Origin: a virus
Lineage: Duplodnaviria; Caudoviricetes
Length of the DNA: 60,479 nucleotides
Direction: 5' to 3' (one strand)
IMG/VR virus record: IMGVR_UViG_3300031569_000005
Location: 1 to 60,479 of that record
Shown here: piece after piece, positions 7,993 through 19,000 of the stretch
Layout of the letters: every line of letters begins with the position of its first letter
Position numbering within the stretch: position 1 is the first letter of the stretch
Position numbers and translations under genes: made by a program
Notes under the pieces: generated by a model
Seen by the model: only the letters and a program-made list of their open reading frames with translations
Told to the model about the DNA's origin: nothing
Databases searched by the model: none

Positions 7993-9855
7993 TTATATTT
8001 CATTTAATTGATCTTCATCTAATAATGTACCATTATCATTATTGTTATCAACCTTATTTAATGATTCGTTTAATATTGTATTTTTTGGTGTTTGTTGTAA
8101 AGATGATATAAATGACTTGACCTCTAAACTTAAAGGATTAGTCTTTCTATATGTATGTTGTAACGGATTTTTATCAGTTGTAAAAGTACTACCCATATCT
8201 TTTGCTCCTAATGGATCTCTTCCTGCAACTGCCTTATCTAAATTAGTGCCTGGCTTCTTTGGAGCCCCTGGTCCTGCTACATGTTCTTGCTTTTCGCCCG
8301 GTAATAATTCTCCTCGTGTTGCAACGTGCATTGAAGCTATATCATGAGGTGTTCCAAAACTTAAATTAGTTTTTCTAGGATCATTACCTTCTGCTTTAAT
8401 TTGTTCTTTTCTAAAGTCTGATTTAAGATCTTGTATAACTAACTCTTGTTCTGACTCCCATTCATTAGGACTCATATTAAAGATATTCTCATAAATATAT
8501 TTTTCAGAGAATAATGTGCTGTCTTTCATACTAGTTGCTAATGCAATCTTATCATTAAATATTTCTACCTTTTGTTTTTCATACACTATACTTGGACTAG
8601 TTAAATCTAGTTTAAAATCTATTAATTCTTCATTCTTAAATCCTTGAGAATATAAATGTACAATTGCAATTTTTGTAAGTTCTGATACAAATATTTTCTG
8701 TATTCTTTCAATAGTTCTTGCAAATCTAACATCTTCTGCTGCTAATGTAGCTTTACCTTCAACTCCTTCATCATATCCTAAAAATGCTTTTGGAATTTTT
8801 AAAGCTGCCATTTGCTTGTTACGTAGATATTCAATATCTTCAATTTGTCCATCATTAGATAATCCAGGTAATGATTCTATAGATGTTCCTGACTCTCCAC
8901 CTCTTACTGGTAAATAATAATCTTCTAACATGTTTTCCATATTAAATTTAAGATTATATTCTCCGGTCTTTTCATCCATATATGGAATCTTTTTCATTTT
9001 ATCAATAATAGTTCTCATATGAGTATCTACTTCAGCCGGTGGTATATTACCTACATCAATTTTAAAAATTCTTCTCTCTGGTGCTCTCATTATTCTATTA
9101 ATAAGCATTGCATCTTCCATAAGAGTTAATTGTTTAAATATTTTTCTAGCTGGCTCAATCATCGACTTGCCATATGGTAAAAAATTGGTATCTGATAATA
9201 ATCTAAAATGTGCTATCTCATAATTATTAAATTCAGAAGAATTTTGACGGCCGCCAGATGAATATGCCATATGTGAACCTTCTAACGTAAATTTATATGC
9301 ATATGGATTTTTTTCATCATACCCTTCTTCTCTACGGACTTCATATGATGATAATGGAGTAACATTAACTATACCAATATCATCTTCAATATCTAAATGT
9401 AAATAAAAATCACCATATTTGCATGCATTCCTAATCCATGGCCATAAATTATAATCTATATTAAGTATATCATTAAATAAGTTTTTCAATACTTTTAAGA
9501 TTTCATCATTTTGTGTTGATATAGTTAATGTATCGCCTTCTGCATCTTTAACTGTACATTCATCTGCATATATATCTAATGCCGATGCCAATATTGGATC
9601 CATGTCCATTGCCTCATAATCAGAAAATAATTCTAATTTAGATTGATGGAAGTTCATTGTTTGATTATAACCACCATATCCGGATTGGCCTCTCTGTAAT
9701 CCTGAAAATCGATCGATATACGAATTTGATACTGCTCCGTCAGATTGTAATTTATTTGTATCAACTACTCGTAAACGATTCTTTGAAATTCGTCTTACTA
9801 TTACGTTAGTTGAAAAGAGGCGACCTAATCGAGCTCTTAATGATGTATTTGCCAT
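7993..9855 (-). CDS. gp20: Portal vertex protein (T4 gp20 family)
   Basis: QLTLMEDAMLINRIMRAPERRIFKIDVGN, MLEDYYLPVRGG, IEDIEYL, ALKIPKAFL motifs. Confidence 0.96.
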   Translation of the reverse strand: MANTSLRARLGRLFSTNVIVRRISKNRLRVVDTNKLQSDGAVSNSYIDRFSGLQRGQSGYGGYNQTMNFHQSKLELFSDYEAMDMDPILASALDIYADECTVKDAEGDTLTISTQNDEILKVLKNLFNDILNIDYNLWPWIRNACKYGDFYLHLDIEDDIGIVNVTPLSSYEVRREEGYDEKNPYAYKFTLEGSHMAYSSGGRQNSSEFNNYEIAHFRLLSDTNFLPYGKSMIEPARKIFKQLTLMEDAMLINRIMRAPERRIFKIDVGNIPPAEVDTHMRTIIDKMKKIPYMDEKTGEYNLKFNMENMLEDYYLPVRGGESGTSIESLPGLSNDGQIEDIEYLRNKQMAALKIPKAFLGYDEGVEGKATLAAEDVRFARTIERIQKIFVSELTKIAIVHLYSQGFKNEELIDFKLDLTSPSIVYEKQKVEIFNDKIALATSMKDSTLFSEKYIYENIFNMSPNEWESEQELVIQDLKSDFRKEQIKAEGNDPRKTNLSFGTPHDIASMHVATRGELLPGEKQEHVAGPGAPKKPGTNLDKAVAGRDPLGAKDMGSTFTTDKNPLQHTYRKTNPLSLEVKSFISSLQQTPKNTILNESLNKVDNNNDNGTLLDEDQLNEI

Positions 9856-9872
9856 ATCAATTTTTCTTTTTA

Positions 9873-9881
9873 TATAAATAT
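9873..9881 (-). promoter_or_regulatory. Putative late promoter ATATTTATA
   Basis: Motif copy 17 nt upstream of the portal ATG. Confidence 0.65.
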
Positions 9882-9885
9882 CTTG

Positions 9886-11460
9886 TTAATCTAAAAGCCA
9901 ATTTAGATCTTCCTTGTCCTTACCAGCTTGCATCTGCCATGTATTATTTTGATTACCATTGCCGGTGTACATTCCACTAGACTTGCCTAAATGGCCTATT
10001 GCCTTTCTAGAAAGATCCATACCCTGTTGATGCAGCCTTAATGCAGTATCCCGTACCCATAGTGCAATTCCAAATGCCATAATTAAATCATCATTATAAC
10101 CTCTTTGTGCCTCTGCCCTCTGACCATTCCATATAAATACATATAACTCATCAATCAAACGTTTACTTCGTATGATTGGAGATTTTTCTCTAAAATATGT
10201 TTCTATCTTTGATATGATTAAAGGTCTAGTACGTGATGTTGTAGAAAATCCTGGTACTTTTTGTGATTTATTTTTTAAATCATAATTTTTAGCTAAATGG
10301 ACGTCCTCATCTATATATGCATCTTGTTTGTAAGAATAATATAAATTTTCATATCCTTTATCAATTGCAATCTGTAGTACTGCCCATCCTATATTAGCAT
10401 TTTCAATTACTAGTAAAGCATTATTCCATTCTGTTGCAATTGTAACTAACATGTTACCATATTCAGTAGTACCTATTTTTCCTTTATATTCTGCTACTTG
10501 AGTCATTGATTCTATTTCTAGAACATGGAATGCTGAATAATCTGCTCCGTCGCCTCTAGCAACATCAGCTACTATTGCATATGCTTTAGTATAATTTGGA
10601 TAATCCCATAACCAATAGTTTCCATCAAAGCCTCGTTTTTCTTTTGGCTCTTGTATATATGTTTGTTCATACCATTGTATAATAGGGCCGTCTACTACTG
10701 TATGGCCGGATGATATAAAGTCGCAGTCACATTCTTGTGATGCTGCTTTTTCTCCTAACAATTGAGTTTGCTCATCTCTCCAAACTTGATCTCGTTCTGG
10801 GTGTACTGTCCAATGTAATTTAACTGCATTAAATCTTCCTCCGGACATAGCATCATTCCATGTTTTATGAAATAAATTTCCAGTACCGTTAGGAGTAGAT
10901 AACATTATAGCTCCTCCACCAGTTGCCAATGTTTGTTGTGCTGCTGTCCATATTTCATCTATACGATCTATAAATGCAGCCTCATCCATTACCAATAATG
11001 ATAATGCTTCCGACCTACCAGCATCTCCTTTTGAAGATATTGCTTTGATCTGCGAACCATTTTTAAATCTTAATGAAAGTTTATTATCTTCTACACTTTT
11101 ACCTTTTAACCAGCTAGGCAGGTTATCGTGCATTACTCTTACTTTTGTTACTAAGTTTTTTGCTACATCTTGTTTGGTTGCAATAACCAAAACATTGTAA
11201 TCTGATTTAAATAACATACACCATAATGCATAACCTGCAGATAATGTCGATATACCTAATTGCCTAGATTTTAATATTATATTATATCTATGATCTTTTA
11301 AATCAGTTAATGTATCTTCTTGGAATGGGTATAAGTTGAAAAACATCTTACCTTTAGTAGGATGTTGTATGATACAATACTTACGCATAAAATGTACAGG
11401 GTCAACTGCACATCGTTTGTATTCTTCTTTTACTATTTCTTTAAGGGATTTCTGTGTCAT
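9886..11460 (-). CDS. gp17: Terminase large subunit (T4 gp17 family)
   Basis: LYPFQ Q-motif, KSRQLGIST Walker A, LLVMDEAAF Walker B, STPNG, DVARG..DYS and NDDLIMA nuclease motifs. Confidence 0.96.
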   Translation of the reverse strand: MTQKSLKEIVKEEYKRCAVDPVHFMRKYCIIQHPTKGKMFFNLYPFQEDTLTDLKDHRYNIILKSRQLGISTLSAGYALWCMLFKSDYNVLVIATKQDVAKNLVTKVRVMHDNLPSWLKGKSVEDNKLSLRFKNGSQIKAISSKGDAGRSEALSLLVMDEAAFIDRIDEIWTAAQQTLATGGGAIMLSTPNGTGNLFHKTWNDAMSGGRFNAVKLHWTVHPERDQVWRDEQTQLLGEKAASQECDCDFISSGHTVVDGPIIQWYEQTYIQEPKEKRGFDGNYWLWDYPNYTKAYAIVADVARGDGADYSAFHVLEIESMTQVAEYKGKIGTTEYGNMLVTIATEWNNALLVIENANIGWAVLQIAIDKGYENLYYSYKQDAYIDEDVHLAKNYDLKNKSQKVPGFSTTSRTRPLIISKIETYFREKSPIIRSKRLIDELYVFIWNGQRAEAQRGYNDDLIMAFGIALWVRDTALRLHQQGMDLSRKAIGHLGKSSGMYTGNGNQNNTWQMQAGKDKEDLNWLLD

Positions 11461-11480
11461 TTAATTAAATATATAAAAAA

Positions 11481-11891
11481 TTATAACACAATCAAAATAA
11501 TTAGAAGGATAATTCCACCACTTCCTAATCCAAATAAATTTCGTTGTTTTTTATAATGTTTTGTCTCATCTTTAGCAACCAGTATTTGGCCATCTTTTAA
11601 TTTTATAACTTCCGTAATAACATCCATTTCACTTTGAAAGTTTGATTCTTTTTGTTTATAAGATGATATAATAGTATCTTTTATTGATAATTGTTTTTCT
11701 AATGTTTTATGTATTTGACGTTCTATAACTATCTGTTCTTTTGCAAGATCTCCGATTTCCAAATCTTGTATTACTTTATGCATTAGCCACTTACTAACAC
11801 AGATTATTGAATCACTTTGAATATCTGTCTGAGAGATACTTGTTGATGTCAGTGACAGTATAAGTATTAATATGTTTAATTTTTTTAGCAT
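11481..11891 (-). CDS. Membrane protein: signal peptide, coiled coil, C-terminal TM helix (spanin-like candidate)
   Basis: MLKKLNILILILSLTSTSISQ leader; C-terminal LFGLGSGGIILLIILIVL. Confidence 0.5.
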   Translation of the reverse strand: MLKKLNILILILSLTSTSISQTDIQSDSIICVSKWLMHKVIQDLEIGDLAKEQIVIERQIHKTLEKQLSIKDTIISSYKQKESNFQSEMDVITEVIKLKDGQILVAKDETKHYKKQRNLFGLGSGGIILLIILIVL

Positions 11892-12165
11892 ATTTCTTTT
11901 TTAATTTGTAAATTTGATTTGATTTATTAACTAGACTGGATTGTAACAAATCTAAAGAATCATTTAAGTTATGTATATTATTATCTAATGAATCTCGTTC
12001 ATGTTTGTATTCTACAACTGTATTAGCTAAGCTATCAATTTGTGATTGCAATATTTGTTCTCTTAATTCAAATGTATTATTTTCATTTTTATAAAAGTAT
12101 GTATATGCAATAAATAAAACAATCCCAAGTGTTATAATAGAATATATATTTGGTTTAGTGTTCAT
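11812..12165 (-). CDS. N-terminal TM plus coiled-coil protein (i-spanin-like candidate)
   Basis: IYSIITLGIVLFIAYTYF followed by heptad repeats; overlaps the next gene by 80 nt. Confidence 0.5.
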   Translation of the reverse strand: MNTKPNIYSIITLGIVLFIAYTYFYKNENNTFELREQILQSQIDSLANTVVEYKHERDSLDNNIHNLNDSLDLLQSSLVNKSNQIYKLKKKYAKKIKHINTYTVTDINKYLSDRYSK

Positions 12166-12424
12166 TATTTATTATATTATTTAAAACTTTATTAATATGT
12201 TCTTTTAATTGTAGTTCAACATCTTTTTCTAAACTTAAAGTTGCATCATCTAATTTCTTATTAATCAAAACTTTATCTTTACCTAATTTTTTTAACATTT
12301 GTATAGCTTTAGACTTAGATATATCATCTCCGGCATTTTTCCATGCAGTTAATTGTAATTGTATATCTTTTACAACATTATCGAGCTCTTTGCCCATTTT
12401 TGTTATTTCTGCTTTAGTTGCCAT
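12155..12424 (-). CDS. Hypothetical coiled-coil protein
   Basis: 89-aa ORF overlapping its neighbours. Confidence 0.55.
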   Translation of the reverse strand: MATKAEITKMGKELDNVVKDIQLQLTAWKNAGDDISKSKAIQMLKKLGKDKVLINKKLDDATLSLEKDVELQLKEHINKVLNNIINNEH

Positions 12425-13052
12425 TTTTAGATTCCAAATTATTTAAAATTTCTTCTTTTAAAGATTGATAATCACTATCAATTTTTTTCATATATGCTGA
12501 AACATCTATGTCTTCACTTCTACCATCAGCATTTTGCCAATACGTTTCTGTAACAGCTTTTTTTAATTCTTCAACTTCTTTATCAACATCCGACATCCAT
12601 GATTTGGCATTTGCTAACATTTTCTTTCTGGAATAATCTTCCCATGCTTCTTTGCCTTGTGCTTTAATTAATGTCTCTTCTTTAATTACACATGAAAAAC
12701 ATTTTTTATGTATAAAGTACATTTTCAAATTTAAATGTTCTTCATCTACATCTTTCATTTTTTGGTCACATGTTGGGCATGTCTTAGGAACATTTAATAT
12801 TTCATTAATTTCTTCACGTACACTATTCGCAGGAACTTTTGATCGGAATCCATCAAATTGAGTTATTTTCCATACGGTGCCTGATTTTGGATCAGTCTCT
12901 TCCCATATATCGCCTATCTCATGTTTTTCATTTCGTTTAGCAGTTGCTGCCGCATCTGAAAATCCATGAGTTTTTCTAGTTTGTGATTTATGTGTACCAT
13001 CGATCATCTGTCTAACCGCTTTTACATTTTGTAACTTGTCTTCTGCTGCCAT
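12414..13052 (-). CDS. Hypothetical zinc-binding protein
   Basis: CPTC...CFSC pair, helical C-terminus. Confidence 0.6.
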   Translation of the reverse strand: MAAEDKLQNVKAVRQMIDGTHKSQTRKTHGFSDAAATAKRNEKHEIGDIWEETDPKSGTVWKITQFDGFRSKVPANSVREEINEILNVPKTCPTCDQKMKDVDEEHLNLKMYFIHKKCFSCVIKEETLIKAQGKEAWEDYSRKKMLANAKSWMSDVDKEVEELKKAVTETYWQNADGRSEDIDVSAYMKKIDSDYQSLKEEILNNLESKNGN

Positions 13053-13058
13053 ACTATT

Positions 13059-13556
13059 TTATTTTAAAGCTTTTTTCAATTTAGCAATAAATGTTGCATC
13101 ATTACCTTTTATATCTAATCCGCTTACTAAGTTAATAACTAATTCTTGTTGTTGTTGAGCACTTTTACCCTTCATCTTAGATTTGAATTCATCTGTAAAT
13201 TGTCCCATTCTCATATCAACTCTACCCGGTACTGCTTCATTAACTGACTCATCTGTAGTTTCAGCTGATGCTTTAGATAAATCTCTACTTACTTTAGCTT
13301 TAATTGAATCAAAATCTGCAGATGTTATTCCTACATTTTGTAATAATGCTGTAAGTAAATTAATTTTTTGAGACCTAGGTAATTTAGATACTTTAGATAC
13401 ATCTACTTTTTTTAATCCACGATTCAACTCACTTCTTCCACCACCTAATTTAGATGATACGGCTGAGCCTACTCTTGATGTAAACGACTCTGGAGCCTCT
13501 ATTAATCTTTTTATAAGTTGTTTACGTATCACTTCACGTAATTTTATTTCTTTCAT
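13059..13556 (-). CDS. Basic hypothetical protein, putative internal head protein
   Basis: MKEIKLREVIRKQLIKRLIE leader, second site SVNE; SD AAGGA and late motif. Confidence 0.6.
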   Translation of the reverse strand: MKEIKLREVIRKQLIKRLIEAPESFTSRVGSAVSSKLGGGRSELNRGLKKVDVSKVSKLPRSQKINLLTALLQNVGITSADFDSIKAKVSRDLSKASAETTDESVNEAVPGRVDMRMGQFTDEFKSKMKGKSAQQQQELVINLVSGLDIKGNDATFIAKLKKALK

Positions 13557-13579
13557 AATATTCCTTTTAATCTATTTAA

Positions 13580-13588
13580 TATAAATAT
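13580..13588 (-). promoter_or_regulatory. Putative late promoter ATATTTATA
   Basis: Motif copy upstream of ATG 13556. Confidence 0.65.
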
Positions 13589-13595
13589 ACTAAAC

Positions 13596-16013
13596 TTATT
13601 TAGTAAATCCTTTATCCATTGCAAAGTTTGCTCTACTAAATTCTAGCCTATCAACTAGTTTAACTCCATTGCCAATACGATCAACTGCTACATAGCCTTC
13701 TGGCGCAGTAACTTTAAGACCACCCTTACCATCATCCACAAAATGTTTTGTTGTATATATAGCGGAATTATATTTATTTACAAATATCATTTTTGCATCT
13801 GCAAATAATTTTGATACTTTAAATAAATTGATAATGTCTTGTTTTCTAAATTCTATATTAGCTCTTTGTTGTTGTCCTGCCAAAGTTGCTCTTTCTTTAC
13901 CTTTAACCGATTTTAATTTTTCTATCTTTTTATTAATTTTTCCTTGTGCCCATTCTACAAATGATTCATATGATTTTTCTGGATTTTCTAAAAATCTATT
14001 TGTTTTTATTTCACTATTAACATATACATTTAATAATGCTGACGGTAATTCATCATAATTAACTTTTATAGAATCTGCTTGTTTAATTTTATTTAAAACT
14101 TGTTTGGCCTCATCATTGGTTAATAACACTGTACCTGTTGTATCTTTAAAAAATGCATCATCATACCATACATTTGGATTTTCACGCAATCCACTCACAT
14201 CTGCTCCAAAGGATGCACCACTTTGTAAATCTTTATAAGTTGTATGAAATACAATTCCAATTCTTGACCTTGCAATACGCTTTCCTAACTCTGAATCTGT
14301 ATCTACTGCATATGTAATAGTATTAGGCTTGAACACATAATGTTTTTTTCCATCAATTGATTGTGTTTTAAGAGATTGTTTATCAAACATAAAATCGCCT
14401 TGGAGAATATTTTTTATACCTAATGTTGGGAAGTATTCTAAAGCTTCTAATAATTTTTTTGCTAATCCTGGAGCTTGGCCATGATTACGTTCTATATCTT
14501 CTTTTGTGTAGTTAATCTTAGGTTCTTTATTAAAGACGGACTTTGTTCCTACAAAGAATTTACCATTGTCAGGATTGATGCCAGTAAAGATAGCAGGTGC
14601 TCCATCCCATTTAACAGATGTATTAACTTTTGCATTAGAATTGCCCTTTAAATTCCTAATAAGTTCTAATAAAAATGATTTGGCTAATTTATATCCCTGT
14701 GCACCTTGAGTGATTAATAATTCTTCTAAATGAGTTAAATGTGTATTTGCAGATGCTTCTGTTAAAATATTTTCTTGTACAGGTATTAATCTAAATTTAA
14801 ATGCTGGACGACCATTTATTAATAAATCTCCTTTTTCATTTTTAGTTATAGATTTAACAACTACTTTTTTATTTTTAAATTTGCCCATTAATACAGTATC
14901 ACCAATGTTAACTGGAACTGATATATCTTCCATTATGGATGACCACCACTCTTTTGTTAATAGTTGTTCTTGTACTAACGCCTCCGGTTTCATTGGATCA
15001 TTTTTTGTACTATCGATTGCATCCTCTGCTCCTAAGAAATCTAAAAAGTTATAACCAACATTAGTTGCAATATTTTTTATGTAATTCTGCCACTTTTTAT
15101 ATGCAGGCTTACCTTTTATATTACCGGTATAATCTGTTCCAGACATTGATGTTCCTGCCTGCCCTACTGGAAAATATGAGACACCTAATGGTGGGCCATC
15201 CGGAAAATTAGTATTTCCTAGTTCTGACATGCCACCATCCATGATATAATTTAATACTGAATATCCTAATGATTCGGCCATTTTTTTAGATGATTGTTCA
15301 TATGCAGTTTGACTTCCATAAAAATATCTAGGGCCATCATCTACATCAGTATTACTTCCAGCCGATGTTAATGATACTTCATTGATAGGATATTTCAATA
15401 AAAAATTACCTATAGTTTCTTCTTGTAAATTTTTAAATTTATCTAATACCATTTGATGTATTGGCTTATTATAAAATTTCATTATGTCTTTAAACATAGT
15501 TGCATCTGCATTTGCCAATGATTGTCTTAATGTTGTTCCGGACATTTCTCCTATGCCAGGAACCTTTAATGAAACATGAGGTGCAATTAATGTATATGCC
15601 CCATCTTTATAACCTACATCTGCTACACCTTTCCATGGTCTGAAAAATTTGCCTCCTAATCGTTTTGCATCTTTCTCTCCTACCATGAATACCGCTGCAG
15701 TTGTCTCTGGATCAAAGTCCTTTAATAATTCAACGGATTGATATGGATTGCGAACTTGTACAACATTTTTAATGCCGTGTTTATTAATTATAGATTGTTT
15801 CTCTTTGAAGTTTAATGGCGACTTAGGTAATTTTACTTTGTCTGATGTTACTACAAATGTATTTGCCTTACCAAACTTTTTTGCTAACCAATTATAGGTT
15901 TGCACATGATGTGGACCCATTGGTTGAAACCTGCCTGGAAATATTGCAATTACAGTTTTTATCTTTTGTTCTGTTATCAATTGTTCTGCTATCCAAGTTC
16001 CTAGGTTGTTCAT
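13596..16013 (-). CDS. Multidomain protein: N-terminal HIGH-family cytidylyltransferase-like domain, KOW-like module, C-terminal RNA-ligase-like nucleotidyltransferase
   Basis: IFPGRFQPMGPHH and MSGTTLR (HIGH/KMSKS-like); IGDTVLMGKFKNKKVVV (KOW-like); KWDG (motif I), LQGDF, EGYV (motif IV), VKLVDR (motif V). Confidence 0.7.
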   Translation of the reverse strand: MNNLGTWIAEQLITEQKIKTVIAIFPGRFQPMGPHHVQTYNWLAKKFGKANTFVVTSDKVKLPKSPLNFKEKQSIINKHGIKNVVQVRNPYQSVELLKDFDPETTAAVFMVGEKDAKRLGGKFFRPWKGVADVGYKDGAYTLIAPHVSLKVPGIGEMSGTTLRQSLANADATMFKDIMKFYNKPIHQMVLDKFKNLQEETIGNFLLKYPINEVSLTSAGSNTDVDDGPRYFYGSQTAYEQSSKKMAESLGYSVLNYIMDGGMSELGNTNFPDGPPLGVSYFPVGQAGTSMSGTDYTGNIKGKPAYKKWQNYIKNIATNVGYNFLDFLGAEDAIDSTKNDPMKPEALVQEQLLTKEWWSSIMEDISVPVNIGDTVLMGKFKNKKVVVKSITKNEKGDLLINGRPAFKFRLIPVQENILTEASANTHLTHLEELLITQGAQGYKLAKSFLLELIRNLKGNSNAKVNTSVKWDGAPAIFTGINPDNGKFFVGTKSVFNKEPKINYTKEDIERNHGQAPGLAKKLLEALEYFPTLGIKNILQGDFMFDKQSLKTQSIDGKKHYVFKPNTITYAVDTDSELGKRIARSRIGIVFHTTYKDLQSGASFGADVSGLRENPNVWYDDAFFKDTTGTVLLTNDEAKQVLNKIKQADSIKVNYDELPSALLNVYVNSEIKTNRFLENPEKSYESFVEWAQGKINKKIEKLKSVKGKERATLAGQQQRANIEFRKQDIINLFKVSKLFADAKMIFVNKYNSAIYTTKHFVDDGKGGLKVTAPEGYVAVDRIGNGVKLVDRLEFSRANFAMDKGFTK

Positions 16014-16028
16014 AATTTCTTTGTTTAT

Positions 16029-16060
16029 TAAAGATAAGAAAAAAATCTCACGATTCCTAA
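16029..16060 (-). promoter_or_regulatory. Host-type -33/-7 promoter
   Basis: TTAG-N20-TATCTTTA; shares CTCACGATTCCTAAT (plus strand) with the promoter at 60355-60386. Confidence 0.65.
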
Positions 16061-16068
16061 TCTTTTTA

Positions 16069-16077
16069 TATAAATAT
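16069..16077 (-). promoter_or_regulatory. Putative late promoter ATATTTATA
   Basis: Motif copy directly after the giant fibre stop codon. Confidence 0.65.
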
Positions 16078-19000
16078 TTACTGATCTTCTAATGCCTTCA
16101 ATCTATTTTCCAAGTCTTGTATTTTACCTACCAAACTAGCAATAATAGCTCTTTCATCGATATCCACCGGTACCATTCTATCTGATACTGGATCACTATG
16201 ATCACCCTCATCATTCCAATCCATGTCCGGGCCATATGTTGCAAAATGGGCAGACGCAGATGCCGCTTCTTCTGCTATAAATCCTAAGTATTGATTATCG
16301 TCCGCTGACTGTTTATATTCAAAATATTTGGGTTCAAGATTTAAAACATCATTATAAATACTTGATGATGGTGTTAATATATTCTGTTTTGATTTTCTAG
16401 TTGAAGTTGTATAACTTATCTGTCCGGAGGCATATGAATATCTCACATATGCATTACCGGCGACATTTGCCAATCCGGTAGCAAAATATTTACCGGTAGT
16501 AAATACATCGTCTGTTGTGGTGCCTGCTCTATCCGATGTATTTGTGATATAAAGAGCATATCCGGCTGCTGAAGGTGTATTTGGATCTACACCAATATTA
16601 ATTGTACCATTTGTAGTTTGTAACCCACTATAGAAATTATACAATCCCGACGGGCGTGCAGTACCATACCTAAAGTCAAATGATGAGACGCCTAACAATC
16701 TAAAGTCGTTTGCTGATCTTACAAATTTAAATCTATTACCAGACCTTAAGCTCATTACCCTGCCAGGGCTGGTTCCAACACTTCCTACTGGGCTAGGGCC
16801 ATATTGTACACTGCTTATTGTCCTAGTCTCAAATAGTTGATTAAACCAATCATCATCATCTCCCCAAAATCCATATGAATATCCGGAGGAAACGGAGGAA
16901 ACTCCACATGCAAATAATATTCCGTTGCCAACCGCACCTTCAATTGTTACTTCATGTCCGGCATCACCTGGATAGGCATTTGTTGTTGTATATGGAGTAA
17001 GCATCATTCCAATTGGATACTGTGGGGCATACTCAATACGAAGAGACTGTGCTATTTCTCCGCCTAAAGATCCATCTAATACTAGTCTAGTATAATTTAT
17101 TCCGGATACGGCATATGTTTGGTAATAATCAGTATAATTACCACTTTGAATTTTTATCAAATTATATATAAAATAATCTGCTTTTGCATAATCTGACAAT
17201 GTTATATCTGTAGCAGTAACTGCGCCATCTGAATCTACACTAAAGTTACCTGCGTTAATTTCTAATTTGCCGGCGGTATGATTAAATCTCATATAATTAC
17301 CGCCTAGATTTCCAACTGCAAATTTTGCAGCAGGTCCATCCATTAATATACCATTGGTTGAGGTATATGCATTATTTCCACCAATTTTGATTAATCCGGC
17401 ATCCAAATCCATTTTTGTACCAACGGTGTTGGTCAATGTTACTGATTGTATTGCACCAGTACTAATACCTGCTCCTGATATTGTTGTACCTTGTGATACC
17501 TTTCTAACATTCATTGATTTAACATATAGTTTAACCGATGCTGGAATTCCACTCCATTTTAAAACTATAATACTAAAATATTTGGCAGTGGCAGTTGGAA
17601 TATAGTTTGCATTATAATTTACATATGAAGTTGTTATAGGTCCATTTTCTTCAGTTACAGCACCGCCATTATCAAAAGTCCAACCTCCACCAACATAATT
17701 TGCTGCACTAGTGTTTCTGGTATCTTCTACTGTTCCGGCTTCTGAAGCGCCGGCGTTATGACTTATAGTGTCTTGTATTCCTGTGAGTTCTGAATCGTAT
17801 TCATATATTCTAATATACAATCCATTGGCATCATTGGCAGTTGCTTTTAGGGTCAATTTAATTTTATAATTTTGTTGAACTTCTATAGGAAATGCATGAG
17901 AACCTATACCAATTGTATTAACTGAAGCATTAGATAATTCTACTATACTACCATTACCATCACCTAAATCTGTAGATTTAAGATTACTAGTAATAGGATA
18001 TGCATATACAGTTTTCCATCCACCTGGTCTGCCATCTGATGCTAATACATGTCCTGTTGGGTTGCCAAATAATTCCCCGGCTGATGAATTATATCCACCT
18101 TGAACCGTAATTTGACCTTTAACTGCTAATGTAGTTCCATCCCATTCTAATTTAGTATTGGGAGCATCTGTACCACCTAACTTAAATGTTCCATCATTCA
18201 GATTAAATTGTGAACCTGCCGATGTCGTTAGGTTTGTTGATTCTAATATTCCGGTACTAATACCATTACCTGATATTGTTGTTGTGGCTGGCTGGCCATT
18301 AACTGCCCATGATTTGAATTTAAAGTTACTATATCCATTACCGCCGGTCATTCCATACCAAGACGCTCCTAGATGTAAAACAGGATAACTAGCATATCCG
18401 GCAACTGCTCCGGCATAAGTTGGTGCCGTAAAATCACCATTTTTATATGCTGCATACTCAAATCCACCATCCGTTAAAGCTTTAACTCTAAATCTCCATG
18501 AATCTCCAACTATCAAAACACTATTTGCTATGGTTACATATGCCATGGTACCGGATGTATTTTTATAATAAAACTTCAAGTGAGCACCATGGCTATAAAT
18601 CATACCTGCGCCATTGGGATAAAGAGGAGACCCAGGTAACCAAAATCCATACATGGTTAATCCGGAGGTGCTGGTATTCATAACTTCAAAATCCATTATC
18701 AATGTTAATCCATCGGCCTTAGTAAGACCTACATTTGATATGATGCCACCATTCCAATTGGTGGATCCAGCATTCTGTCCAAATTGCATACCGGTTGTAG
18801 TTGCTGACTGTTTTGTATTGTTTAATGTCCATACTCCAGTATCCAATGTCTGACTACCATTCCCGGTAAAGTCATATGCAAAGCTTTGACCTGAAGCAAA
18901 ATCTTCTGGATTGGTTATTGATAAACTACCAGTCATTCCTAATGTTGTTCCATTCCAAGATAATTTAGGTGAACTACCGCCTCCTAATTTAAACGTGCCG

